A stretch of DNA of 64,000 nt, taken from positions 48,112,001 through 48,176,000 of the forward strand of contig CM060731.1 of the NCBI GenBank assembly GCA_030704615.1, in the 5' to 3' direction. The position numbers and the translations under genes are program-made. Of the stretch, positions 51,001 through 61,500 are shown one piece after another. The notes beneath the pieces are model-generated. The model searched no databases. It was not told the origin of the DNA and saw nothing but the letters and a program-made list of their open reading frames with translations. This DNA comes from Takakia lepidozioides. Its lineage: Eukaryota > Plantae > Bryophyta. The stretch's first letter is position 1; each line of letters begins with the position of its first letter.

Positions 51001-54000
51001 CCAATGTCTAAGACCGCTCTCCAGCCAGTCGAGGGACAAACTTCTTTGAGATTGAATTGATGTGGGACTCTATTAGAAGCACTTTTGGTCATTGCAACCT
51101 TCAACGTACCCCTGTTATCAAGTCTTGAGATCGAACCATTAGCCATGAAATCCAAGCCTAAGCTAGAGCATGTAGTTTTAAAGGACACATCGTCCATCTT
51201 AGGATTCACCCCAAAAACTACACATGAAGCCCTAGATTTGGCATAAGTAACCTATTCCCAGGAATCACCCTGAGGAGTGTTGATGTTGATAGGAGCTAAA
51301 ATTTTGATTGCTGTCGCAGGCTATAAGTTTAAGCACAGGAACCAACCCGAGCCCAAGTGCCGAGTATGCTAGACAGAGCATACGACTGCCCAATTTGGGC
51401 GGAGGCGGCTGCCCCCAAGCGGTAGGGGTCTGCTTGTTACCATTCAGAGATCACACTTCAGGGAGTTGCAGGGAATGGCCCGTGTAGGCATATTCTAAAG
51501 GGAAAGGCCCCAAGCTTTCAAACTAAATCCAATGCACTACCTTACCTGGAGCAAAGCGCTTCAGGTCGAAACAAACAAAGACACAAGGTCACAAGGCCGG
51601 CATTTAGTCACAGAGACATTAACGTACTCCCGTATCAAGTCCACCCAATGGCAATAGGCTTCCTAGAGGACAGGGAGAAAAGGAGACAAGTTAGAGAGGG
51701 GAGGAGACGATGATGGACTCTTCTCACAGAACTTTTGTAGTGAGGGGAGATTGACACAAACAGTTGTGAAACTTTGGGTGTTCAGCCAGAGCTTGGGTTT
51801 GACCTCAAATTTTTGGGGGGCGACATCAACGCTTTACCTGGTGTTGAGAAGATGATAGATGTGAGTATACCTTCTCTGTTGCAATTTCCCTCTTTTAGTT
51901 GGTTATGTCTGTGAGCTGATAATGAACTTGTATGATTCAGTAGATGATTTTTTACCAATGATACAGTAATGAGAATATTATGAACTGCTCACTGTAAGCT
52001 AAGAGTTAGTTTTAGTCGGGTCTGGATCTGCCATTAGAGGAGCCTGGGAGGAACTAGGAGTGATTTTGGATTGGATGGGATTGGGAGGGGGGCAAAACAG
52101 AATTCAATTAGGACAGCGCTGATGGATATTCTGGTATGGCCAAACCGGATTGTCATTCCCATGATGCCAGGGGACTTCAGGTGTGTACTCTCAACTTTTT
52201 TCTTGTCTTAAGTGAGCCTTCTAATATGGAGAGGCAAGCCATGATGTACAATGATGTAATAATGGTTGTACATATCATGCACATCTTCATGAAGGTATGT
52301 ATGTATGAAATGCATACCTTCATTTCTATCTTTGGATGTATATAAGTGTGGGTGTCTGTTCTTCTCACATTCATTCTTGGTTCTCCGGGATGATAGAATC
52401 TTGCGGCCCAATTACCTTTCGGCCTCTTTATCTCCTTCTCTCCTGAGGGCTTTGGCGGTTCAGGGTGGGCTCCCACAACCTACGGATAGAGACTGGCAGA
52501 TGGGAAAACCTGCAGCGGGAGGACCACCTATGTCCTGCTTGCACAGGGCGCAACCAGGAAATTGAAACTGAAGAACACTTCTTCTTCTATTGCCCCCTAT
52601 ACTATGGGATCCGTGAGATTCCATTGTCTATTCCGTGGAACCCAATCTCTCACTGAAGTCTTCCACTATGAGGATCAGAAATGTTTGGCAGCCTACCTGC
52701 ACGAGGCATTCACCCTTAGACAATCACTCGAACAATAGTTCTTTTCTCTGACTCTGGTTTTCCTATTTTCTCCCATGTCCTTCCATTTTGTCCCATAAGC
52801 TCTATGAGCTTTCCGCGGACGTTATAAAGCACCATTTCATTTCATTCTCTTTGATATTATTTGAAAAAAGCTTTGGGTGGTGTGGTGGAGAGCAGCTTTT
52901 TGGAACTGCATCCAGTTGGAGAGTTGGAGGTGTCATTAATCGAAGGGAAGGATATCAAGAATACTGATATCGTGGGTAAGACGGATCCCTTTGTTATAAT
53001 GTTCGTACGCGAAAAGCAAGATGTGATGAAGCGCAGCACCGTCAAGAAAAATTCACTCAAGCCAGTCTGGAATGAGACGTTCAACATTGTGGTACTTCCT
53101 TTTATTTGGGAAATGTTTCTTGTTGATGATCTATCGGGATTTTTTCCATAGTTTGCTGTGGTTGTCATTGTTGCTGAGAAAGGGTCACTTGTCAAGGTAA
53201 ATTCCTTTGAAAGAATCACTATGATGAGGATATGCGTTGGGCTGTCAACAGCAAATGAGATGGATAATCCGGGAAGCAAACTTTAAGACTCCCCAGCCTG
53301 ATGTGTGAATGAACAGTCCATTGTCAGTCTATTCATTCCATGTGTAGTGTTAGAGTTGAATTCAAGGAAGGGGGTTTTAAGACTTGGTACACGTACCACC
53401 CAGTTGATACATTCAGAGGATAATACCAAAATATTCAATCCCTACAGGTATGACTGTTCGACAAGTATTGGAGTCTGTTCCCTGTGTGAGGGTGAAAACT
53501 AAAGTCACCTTTTGGCAAATCTGTTGGCAGGTGGAGGATGCAGAAACACAGAAATTAACGTTCCGACTGATGGACGATGAGACACTTGAGAAATCAGAGT
53601 ATATCGCGCTTGTCTGGTGCCTATTGCTGAGGTGCGTTTAGATTGAAGCCATAATAACTTTCTCTGTTTTTCTCTTCTCAACCTCCAATTTCACTCTCTA
53701 CCAGCTTCCTTTCTTTTTCTCTCTCTATAAAGAGTGCTGCAATTTGGAAACCAACAGAGAATTGTGGGCGAGGTACTACCAGCTCCGTAAAGATATCAAT
53801 CAGCTTGTTAGGTCTCAGAAGAAATTATACTGGGACAAGTTATACAGTGAAATAAACTCAAACCACCATGGTGGTAATGACAAGAAATTCTGGTTGGCCC
53901 TTCAACGTTTGTACAAGCCGAAAAACGGTCAGCAAGTACAAGCGCTGAAGACTACTAAAGGTGCAGTGGTGACTTCATCGGTTGACATTGTCAAAACCTT

Positions 54001-57000
54001 TGAAACTCACTACAGTATCCTTGGCAGAACTTCTAGGTCTAACAGTGAGGGGTCTTCTGCTGAATGGAGGGACACAGTTGGAAAAACTGTTCCTACGATT
54101 CAAACAGCCCTGATGAACTGGAGTATATTTCAATGGCTTATAATGCTCCCATTAGTTCTTCTGAGATTGTGGAAGCAATTGAACATTTAAATGGATATAA
54201 AGCTGGTGGACCTGATGGTATTGACAACGAGCTTATCAAGCACGGTGGTGATCCCATGATAGAGGCCCTAGTTCTCCTCTTTAACCTTATCTGGAAGACT
54301 GAAATGATCCCCTTTCGCTGGCGACAGAGGGTCATTGTCAATCTATACAAGAAGGGTGACAGAGAAGAACCGGGGAACTACCGTGGCATCACGCTCCTCA
54401 ATGCTGTTGGCAAGACATTCTGCAGGGTTATAAGTACTCGTCTCGAGGTTGATCTGGAGTCTAGAGGTTGTTTCCACGAAGGCCAAGCTGGCTTTCGGCG
54501 AAACTGATATCTTCACTCTAAGCCAGATTATCCAGGGAAGGAAAAAAAAGGGAAACCCACTTATGTCTTTTTCCTGGATGTCAAAAAGGCTTATGACACA
54601 GTGTGGAGAGATGGCCTATGGTTCCGCCTCTGGTCTTGTGGGATCAAGGGAAAGATGTGGAGAGTTGTCCACAACTTGTATGCTCACACCAAAAGCTGTG
54701 TCACTGTTAACGGACAGAAGTCCAACTTCTTTGACATAGACCAAGGTGTAGCTCAAGGATGTACTCTCTCCCCTCTGCTCTTCAATGTTTTCATCAATCA
54801 ACTCCTCGAGGATGTGGAAAGTGAGGGATTTGGGTTAAGGGTGGGTGATACCACAATACCAGCCCTTATGTTTGCGGATGACTTCGCAGGCATAGGGGAG
54901 ACTCCAACCAATCTCCAGGAGTTGATTGATTGCGCGAAGAGATACTTTGATCTTTGGGGGCTAGAGGCTAATGTCAAATGTGCAATGGTAGCATTCAACG
55001 ACAGAGGAGAGGGAGGAAGTGATCTTAAGTGGCAGTGGGGTAGCCAAGAGATCCCGGTCCTCCCTTCCTACACTTACCTGGGCGTTGAGTTCTCCTCCAA
55101 TTGTAATTGGGATGCACATATCCGGAAAGTTGTTCAAACTGGCAAGGGCAAAGCTCTGGGGCTCACTAAATTTTTCCACTGCAGAGGGTCAACACTGAGG
55201 TTAAGAAAACCATGCTTTGTCGCGTTATTAGACCTGCCTTGGAGTACGGATCTGCTATATGGTTGATAACTCCAACCAGGCTAAGTCTCTAGAATCCATT
55301 CAAGTGGGGGTGCTTAAGGAGTGTATGTCAGCATGCTCCAAAACAGCCAATGTGGCTGTTCGGGGTGAGTTTGGCATTCCGTCCTTAAGCTCCCGACGAG
55401 ATGAATCAAGGTCAGATGGTGGGCTCAGCTGCAACATATGCCCAACACCAGATATCCTAAGTTAATCGACTCTATATCTTGGAAACAGGACCGCCTGTCA
55501 AACAGGCTAAGTCCTGGCAGAAAAGAGTAGAAGAGATCCTCAGGACCTGGACCTGGATCCGCAAGTCTTGACCCTGCTGGATAAATCTGACTTAGAGGCT
55601 GTAGTGTCCTCAGCCATGTCTGTTGCCATGAGATTGTCTGATGAAAATGAAGTTAGGCAGAAAACTTCCCTGAACTTGTTTCCAATCTGTGAGATGGGGG
55701 AGGACATCTTGGATGACCTCAAGGGTCTACCCACTCTCGGCACTAGACTGAAATTTAAACTCAGGGCAGGAAGCCTACCTTTGAACAGCAAACAGAAGCA
55801 GAGAGGAAAGGGAGAGTGCAATTGCCCGTTGTGTGGGCAATCTGAAGACAGTATTCATTTTCTGATACACTGTCCGGGGTTCTCTCACCAAAGAGACGCT
55901 CTCTTCAAATCTATTAAGGGAATTGTGCCTGTACCCCTGTTTACCAACTTTGAAAGTCTCGAGGCTGAGCCAAAAGCCCAGGCCCTCCTGAGGCCTAGTT
56001 TTTGGGCAAATCACACACAGCAGATTGATGCTTGTGTGAAGGGATTTCTAGAGGATATCTGGAAAACCCGGATTAATTCTTTATATGGAGGTAAGTCTTA
56101 CTACCAACGTCAGCCCCTGACAGAGGTAGGTTCTGTCCCTTTGTTCCCGCTCAAACTGGGCGCGGGGTCAATGGCCACAAGGCTCAAACTGGGCGCGAAT
56201 GGCCACAAGGCACAAACAACGTCTCAATCTCTCTCTGTATGGCAAACAACGTCTTAGTACAATCTCTCTCTGTGCTACAGCAGTTCCAGACTGATCTCTG
56301 TGGTATGGTGGGTGAAAACCCTCCAACTACAGGTCCCACAGGATTGTGGCTTCTTACTAGCTCGCACAGCTTTAGAAGAACCTTTATGGATTGGTAGTGA
56401 TAGTTACAGTTAATTTTCTTTTGGAAACTTAGTGTAATGGTTCCGAACATACAACAGGTGACAAATTTTACAGGCACCTCAGCTCTTGTCAGTTTACCAA
56501 TTGTTTGGAGTACCCTTTAGAGAGTCTGTGCCATCAATTTGCAAATAAACCTCTTCCAATAGCTTTGGCGCAAGTGGGGAGGTATCCAATCAGCTCTTGT
56601 CAGTTTACTGTTTTGTTTGGAGTACCCTTTAGAGACAGTCTGTGCTATCAAATTGCAAACAAACTCTTTCATTAGCTTTTGCGCAGTGTTGAGGTACCCA
56701 ACATTGCTTCAGCACTGAAGAAGGATTGTCAACTTTAGTAGGTCTGTGATGGAGGATATGTTAAGCAAACAATGTCATCAGGGAGGGTGTTCCCTTGCCA
56801 ATTCGGTTGGGGAACGTCAAGGTTGGAAAGGGAAAATCAGGTAAATGCGAGTGCTGTAGTTGTCCTTTTGTAATAGCAGCTCCTTGGGAAAGAACACCCT
56901 GGGTGTAAAGGTAAGCAGCCTTTGTCCGTTTTTTTTTTTCAGATGGACTTTGTGTTCTGACTTTGTGGCCTGCAGAAAAGTAGTGGCCATTGTCACTTTC

Positions 57001-57241
57001 CTGACTAATGTTTTGGCCTCTGCAGTTAATACCGAACTCGCCCACAGAGATGTGGCGAGATGTGTACGAAGATCCCAACTCTCCTGTACCATCCCAACAT
57101 CTCGGAAAGCTCCACTTCATTGTGACTTACAAGCCTTACAACTTGGAGAAGGAAACAGGGCAAAAGGGGTCTAATGAGACAGAGCATAGATCTCCAACGA
57201 GCGGTGATTGCAGGCAAGACAGGTGTGCAAAAACCTGGTAG
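42064..57241 (+). CDS. Synaptotagmin-like protein (N-terminal TM, SMP domain, C2 domain), 11 exons
   Basis: GT-AG exons: ~42064-42586, 42745-42843, 43511-43561 (MEWLN), 44110-44230 (LGVRAP), 44613-44734, 45253-45354 (FKPL..PGFGAI), 51786-51860, 52101-52180 (LVWPNRIVIP), 52895-53091 (GKTDPFV..LKPVWNETF), 53531-53631, 57025-~57241. Apparent 1-nt frameshifts near 42175 and 53605; start and stop are uncertain. Confidence 0.85.
43646..43810 (-). mobile_element. Diverged LINE A 3' fragment (intronic)
   Basis: TGTACTCATAAGAC..GACTTACCTT..TTTTCCAGATTTCCTCTA. Confidence 0.75.
44972..45170 (+). mobile_element. Diverged LINE A fragment (intronic)
   Basis: Similar to ~55655-55870 (CTTCCCTGA.CTTGTTTCCA..ACTCAGGGC). 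Confidence 0.65.
48893..49983 (+). mobile_element. LINE family B (5'-truncated, (CATTT)n tail) nested in the LINE A endonuclease
   Basis: GVKQGCPLSPTLF, LLYADD, YRYLG, RFRVGSHNLRIETGRW..CPAC..EEH...C; TSD CATCTT at 48887-48892 and 49984-49989. Confidence 0.92.
50505..50872 (-). repeat. 141-bp (47-aa) in-frame tandem repeat inside LINE A
   Basis: GGTAAACCATTCAG at 50559, 50700 and 50841. Confidence 0.92.
52372..52845 (+). mobile_element. LINE family B 3' fragment (intronic)
   Basis: Collinear with ~49505-49975; ends AAAGCACCATTTCATTTCATT. Confidence 0.9.
53722..56261 (+). mobile_element. LINE family A, 5'-truncated (linker, RT, 3' end), intronic
   Basis: NYRGITLL, QAGFR, FLDVKKAYD, QGCTLSPLLFN, MFADD, YTYLG, CCHC; closely matches the reverse complement of 45694-48205. 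Confidence 0.93.
56480..56700. repeat. ~111-bp tandem duplication
   Basis: CAGCTCTTGTCAGTTTAC at 56480 and 56591. Confidence 0.85.
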
Positions 57242-58527
57242 TTCTGGGATTCCCTCCAAATGCAAGGCAATGTACCCAAGCAGCCAAGTGTACCCAAGGT
57301 CCAGCCCAAGACCAGCCATTAAAGTTAAACAGCTGCAGAGTACCACCTTACACTGTGTCCATCTCTCAACTTTATGACTTCTAGACTATGGCAGTTTCTT
57401 TGAAGAATGTCTTACCACCTAAAGAGAGAAGACTCCCGGCTAAGTTACAACCTTTGGCAACTGCTCCTTCGGAGGTGGGCTTACCAGCCCTGAACATGTG
57501 TCTTCTCCTGTCCTCCGCAATAGGCAGCGGATGTAGCAAGTAGTTATCACGGTTCTCGCTTTAGATCAGACGTGATCATGGAATGGAGAGTTGAATGTAA
57601 AGGACTGCGCTTCACCCTGCATACGGGTAAGGGACAAATTGAATGAAATTTGGGTTACTCATCAAAACCTTTGTCAGTCAGTTGGTATGGATTGGGATCA
57701 TTGAAAGTGCTTCCCTCTTTGTCATTCCACTAATCTGAATCAAGGAGAGACAACTTACTTTTGATTACTGTTCGAGTTGTGGACACATGAGTGCAATGGA
57801 AGCTTCTGTTCCTGCTGGTCGCCTTCAAATGCCTGGCCTTCTTCTGGTGAAACAAACTGAGTACCACGGGATGAGAATCACGAACTCGAGTTGTTTACCC
57901 TTTAGATTTCTCACTGCAAGACATTGACTGGAACCGATTGCTTCCTTCCTTCTTCCAAGAACATACAATGTTACATAATCCAACGGAAACTGAGTGACAA
58001 TTACCAAGCTCTGCTTGAATTCTGACTGCGAGATAGTTTCATTCTTCCTTTGCCAGAACATGAAAATGCCATGATGGTATCAGAAAACTATGGGTTGGGA
58101 GTCTAGCAATCACAATCTAGCGAAAGCCGAGAACCAAAGGATCAATCTAGCATCTAGCATAATCGCTGCGCTTCCGCAGACGCACTCAAAAGAGAAACTG
58201 AGTCTATGTAAACAACTCGAGGTACCTACCGATACGTTAGCTAACGTCTGGCGGCATGCGTTAGTTACCGTGATACAACCTTTGCCAGGGTTTGGTTGGT
58301 TTCTGCAAGGGTTTATGATCAGGGTTTTGAGAGAGGGAGAAGAGATGGTGGGGAAGGGTCTTGGGGGAAAGAATGGAGGAAGGTAGCAGAGAAGGGATGT
58401 CAAAGCGAAAAGGTGGGAAAGAATCCATAACACAAGAAGGACATAGAGAGGAGGTGCTTTATACCTGCTGTTTTGAGCGGCACTGCTCGAACCATCAGAA
58501 GGTTATCAGCACAGCGGTAGCAGAGCA

Positions 58528-61500
58528 ATGGGAAAGAAGAGGAAGACAGGTGCGCCTGCAGCGGTGGCAAAGAAGAAGGCACGCTCTGGTCCATCGGAAT
58601 CTGCTACCACAAAGAACTCCCGCGGGGACCGGTCCATTCCAGCAATGTTTTTGAGACCCTATGGACCCGGCGCAAGTTCGATGTGCTTGGGAAGAAGCAG
58701 AAGGGTGAAGGCCGACGCGCTGGATTGTCACGGTCCGCGGCTGTTGATAAGGTAAGTTGCACCAAGAGCTTTGCTCGATACTTGTATATCTTACGGTGAA
58801 GTACAGTGTTAATTCCACTATATATGTTGTTCAGTTAGGCATAAAACTTCCCTGACCTTGTTTCCAGTATGTCACATGGGCAAGGACCTTAAGGATGATC
58901 TGAAGGGCCTACCTACCCTCGGCTCTAGACTGAAATTCAAACTCAGGGTGGGGAGCCTACCTTCGAACAATAAACAGATGCAGAGAGAAAAGGAGATTGT
59001 AATCACCCATGCGCTGGCAACTTAAGACAATATTCATTTTCCGATGTATTGTCCGGGTAGTCTCACCAGAGAGTGACCCTCTTCAGGAACATCAAGAACA
59101 TGGTTCCTGAACCTCTGTTTGCCAACTTTGAAAATCTCGAGGCTGAGCCTAAAGCCCTGGCCCTGTTGGGTCTAACTTTTGGGCTGCTCACTCACAGCAG
59201 ATTGATGTTTGTGTGAAGGGCTTTCTAGAGGAAATCTGGAAAGCCCGAACTAATTCCTTGTATCAAGGTAAGTCACACTACTGGAGTGAGCCCCTCACTA
59301 GAAAGCCTGAGTCACAACTGAGTGAGCCCCTCACAAAGGTAGTGCCTATTGCCTATGTTTCTATCCAAACTGGGCACGGGTCTATGGCCACAAGGCTACG
59401 GCAAACAAAGCTTCTGAGTACATTTACATATGTTTGATCGATATGAGGGTAGATTGAAACAGTGGATATTAGGATGTGCACGATGTTGATGGCAGCCCTT
59501 ACGCGGACAGCGTGAATTTCCTGTAACTGTCAGGTTGTCAGTTTACGTGGAATTTTGGGCTGATTTTTGGGCTGACAGGCACTCTGTAGCGAACCGTCCC
59601 AGGATGGTCAATGGGTACATCATGTGTTGCTACAAGTGTTTGATGTGGGAATTAACCTTAGTCGTCACAACCTCTGTATTGGAGATGAAGTAGTGGCCCT
59701 TTTACATTTGCTCCACTGGATACTCATCACGATAACCATGTTTACCAATGGTGAATGGCAATGCAACTGCATCTTTTGTTGGTGGTTGACCAGGTGGAGG
59801 TGTTTACTGGATGCAATGCTAATTTTGACTGACTGACTGGCCACTGCAGAGAAAGAAGACACTGCTGCAGGAGTATAAGCAGCGGGGCAAGGCAAATGCT
59901 TTTTTAGACATCGATTTGGGGAGCAAGATGAGAATCTTGCTGATGATGACAAGGCTATCCTTCGCTTCCAACGGGAGCGCATGGTACCAATCTTTCACCC
60001 TGATAGCAAATGACAATTATGTCACTGGTTTCAAAATCTTTAATTAAAAGCCTAGGATCTCTTGAATGATCATATCAGAACTCTGACATTGTCTAGTCTT
60101 CAAGACCTGGTGCTTAATGCCGAATATATCTGTGGTATGACCCTTTTTTGGTGGGAACGATATTGTCACTGCTGGATGTTAGGTTCAAATGCAGCGGAAG
60201 AGCAAATTTAATTTACAGGATGACGGAGATGGGGAGGAGACCGAGGTCCTTACGCACGGGGCACTGCTCTCTCAACACTGGATGATTCGAGGTCTCAACA
60301 GAAGATGAGATGATGATCGAGGATGTATGTCTTTGTTTCTCCAGGCAGTATCTTTTGATTTTCTTGTAGCTGGCGCATTCCTTACCCATTCTAGTCTTTC
60401 CTCTTACTGTTGATCTGTCAGTTGATGATTCTGTACCAATCTCTCACCAAATTTTATTTGCATCTTGTGTGCTTCACATGGAGATGTGGAAGGAAGTTAC
60501 GAGAAAGAGAGAGAGAGAGTGTTTGCTGCTGCCTGTCTCTGTGGATCCGACGTCCAGTTATGACAGAGCAGAAGATGGGAAGAGAGGGATCAGGGAGAGA
60601 AAAGTGGGGCCCACTACCATTTCAGAAAGCTCACTGCAGTAGCACTTACCTTCCAGTTTCACCAAAGGACATCTACCCTACTATCGGTCCTGATGCGGCT
60701 ATTTGACGCAGAGAGGGGGAGAAGAGACTCCACTTAATCTGTTGTTAGTATTAACCAGCAGGAATGGTGGAACTCCAGTGGATGCAGAGATGGTAAGGGA
60801 ACTCCACTTGGAGGTGGGCTAACAAGCAAAAATGAAGAAGCAAGGATGTGGAGGCTGAAGGAGAACACAAGGTGGGCTTTTTGTTTGGACACAGTCTCTG
60901 CAACCATATCTGGATCTCAGGGATCTCGGAGGGTTGGGCTTGGGGTATGTACTAGCACTTCGAGGATGACTAACATCATATGACAGATAGAAAATTATCA
61001 CTATGTGTGGAAGGACAAGAACTTCAGAGGCGCTGAGGGGGCCCTTCTTATCTCAAATTCCAGCTCCTAAAATTTGAGATTTGTAATTTATCTTAAAATA
61101 TTCCTTCTATGTACTCAACTAAATCAGGTGCGGTCGTTCTCACTAAGTAAATGGTACTAAGTGCATGCATTTGTGCGGATGTTGGATCTGGATTGAGCAG
61201 CAGCAGCGTTCAAAGAAGGAGATAATGGAGGAAGTTATTGCTAAGAGCAAGTTTTACAAGGCAAGCTACTGTACGCTTCCGACGTATGTGGTTGTTTATT
61301 TTTTCTACTGTTTGGAAATATGTTCTTTGTGTGTTTGATTGTATATGGAGAGTCTCAACACATGCGACATGTGTACTTAGAATTGGAGCTTTGTCTGGTT
61401 GGTGTGTCTCAATAGAATGTACTCATAAGACGTTGTTTGCCGTAGCCTTGTGGCCATTGACCCCGCGCCCAGTTTGAGCGGAACAGAAAGGGACAGAACC

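Larger units (their letters stand above)
45694..51680 (-). mobile_element. Near full-length LINE family A (APE endonuclease, RT, C-terminal CCHC), possibly RTE-X-like, in an intron
   Basis: 15-bp TSD AGGAGACAAGTTAGA at 45679-45693 and 51681-51695. Motifs GTFNC, GQETW, LLGDFNARVG, DYII..SDH, KAGGPDGI, QGCTLSPLLF, MFADD, CPLC..FLIHC; many frameshifts. The clade assignment is inference. Confidence 0.93.
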
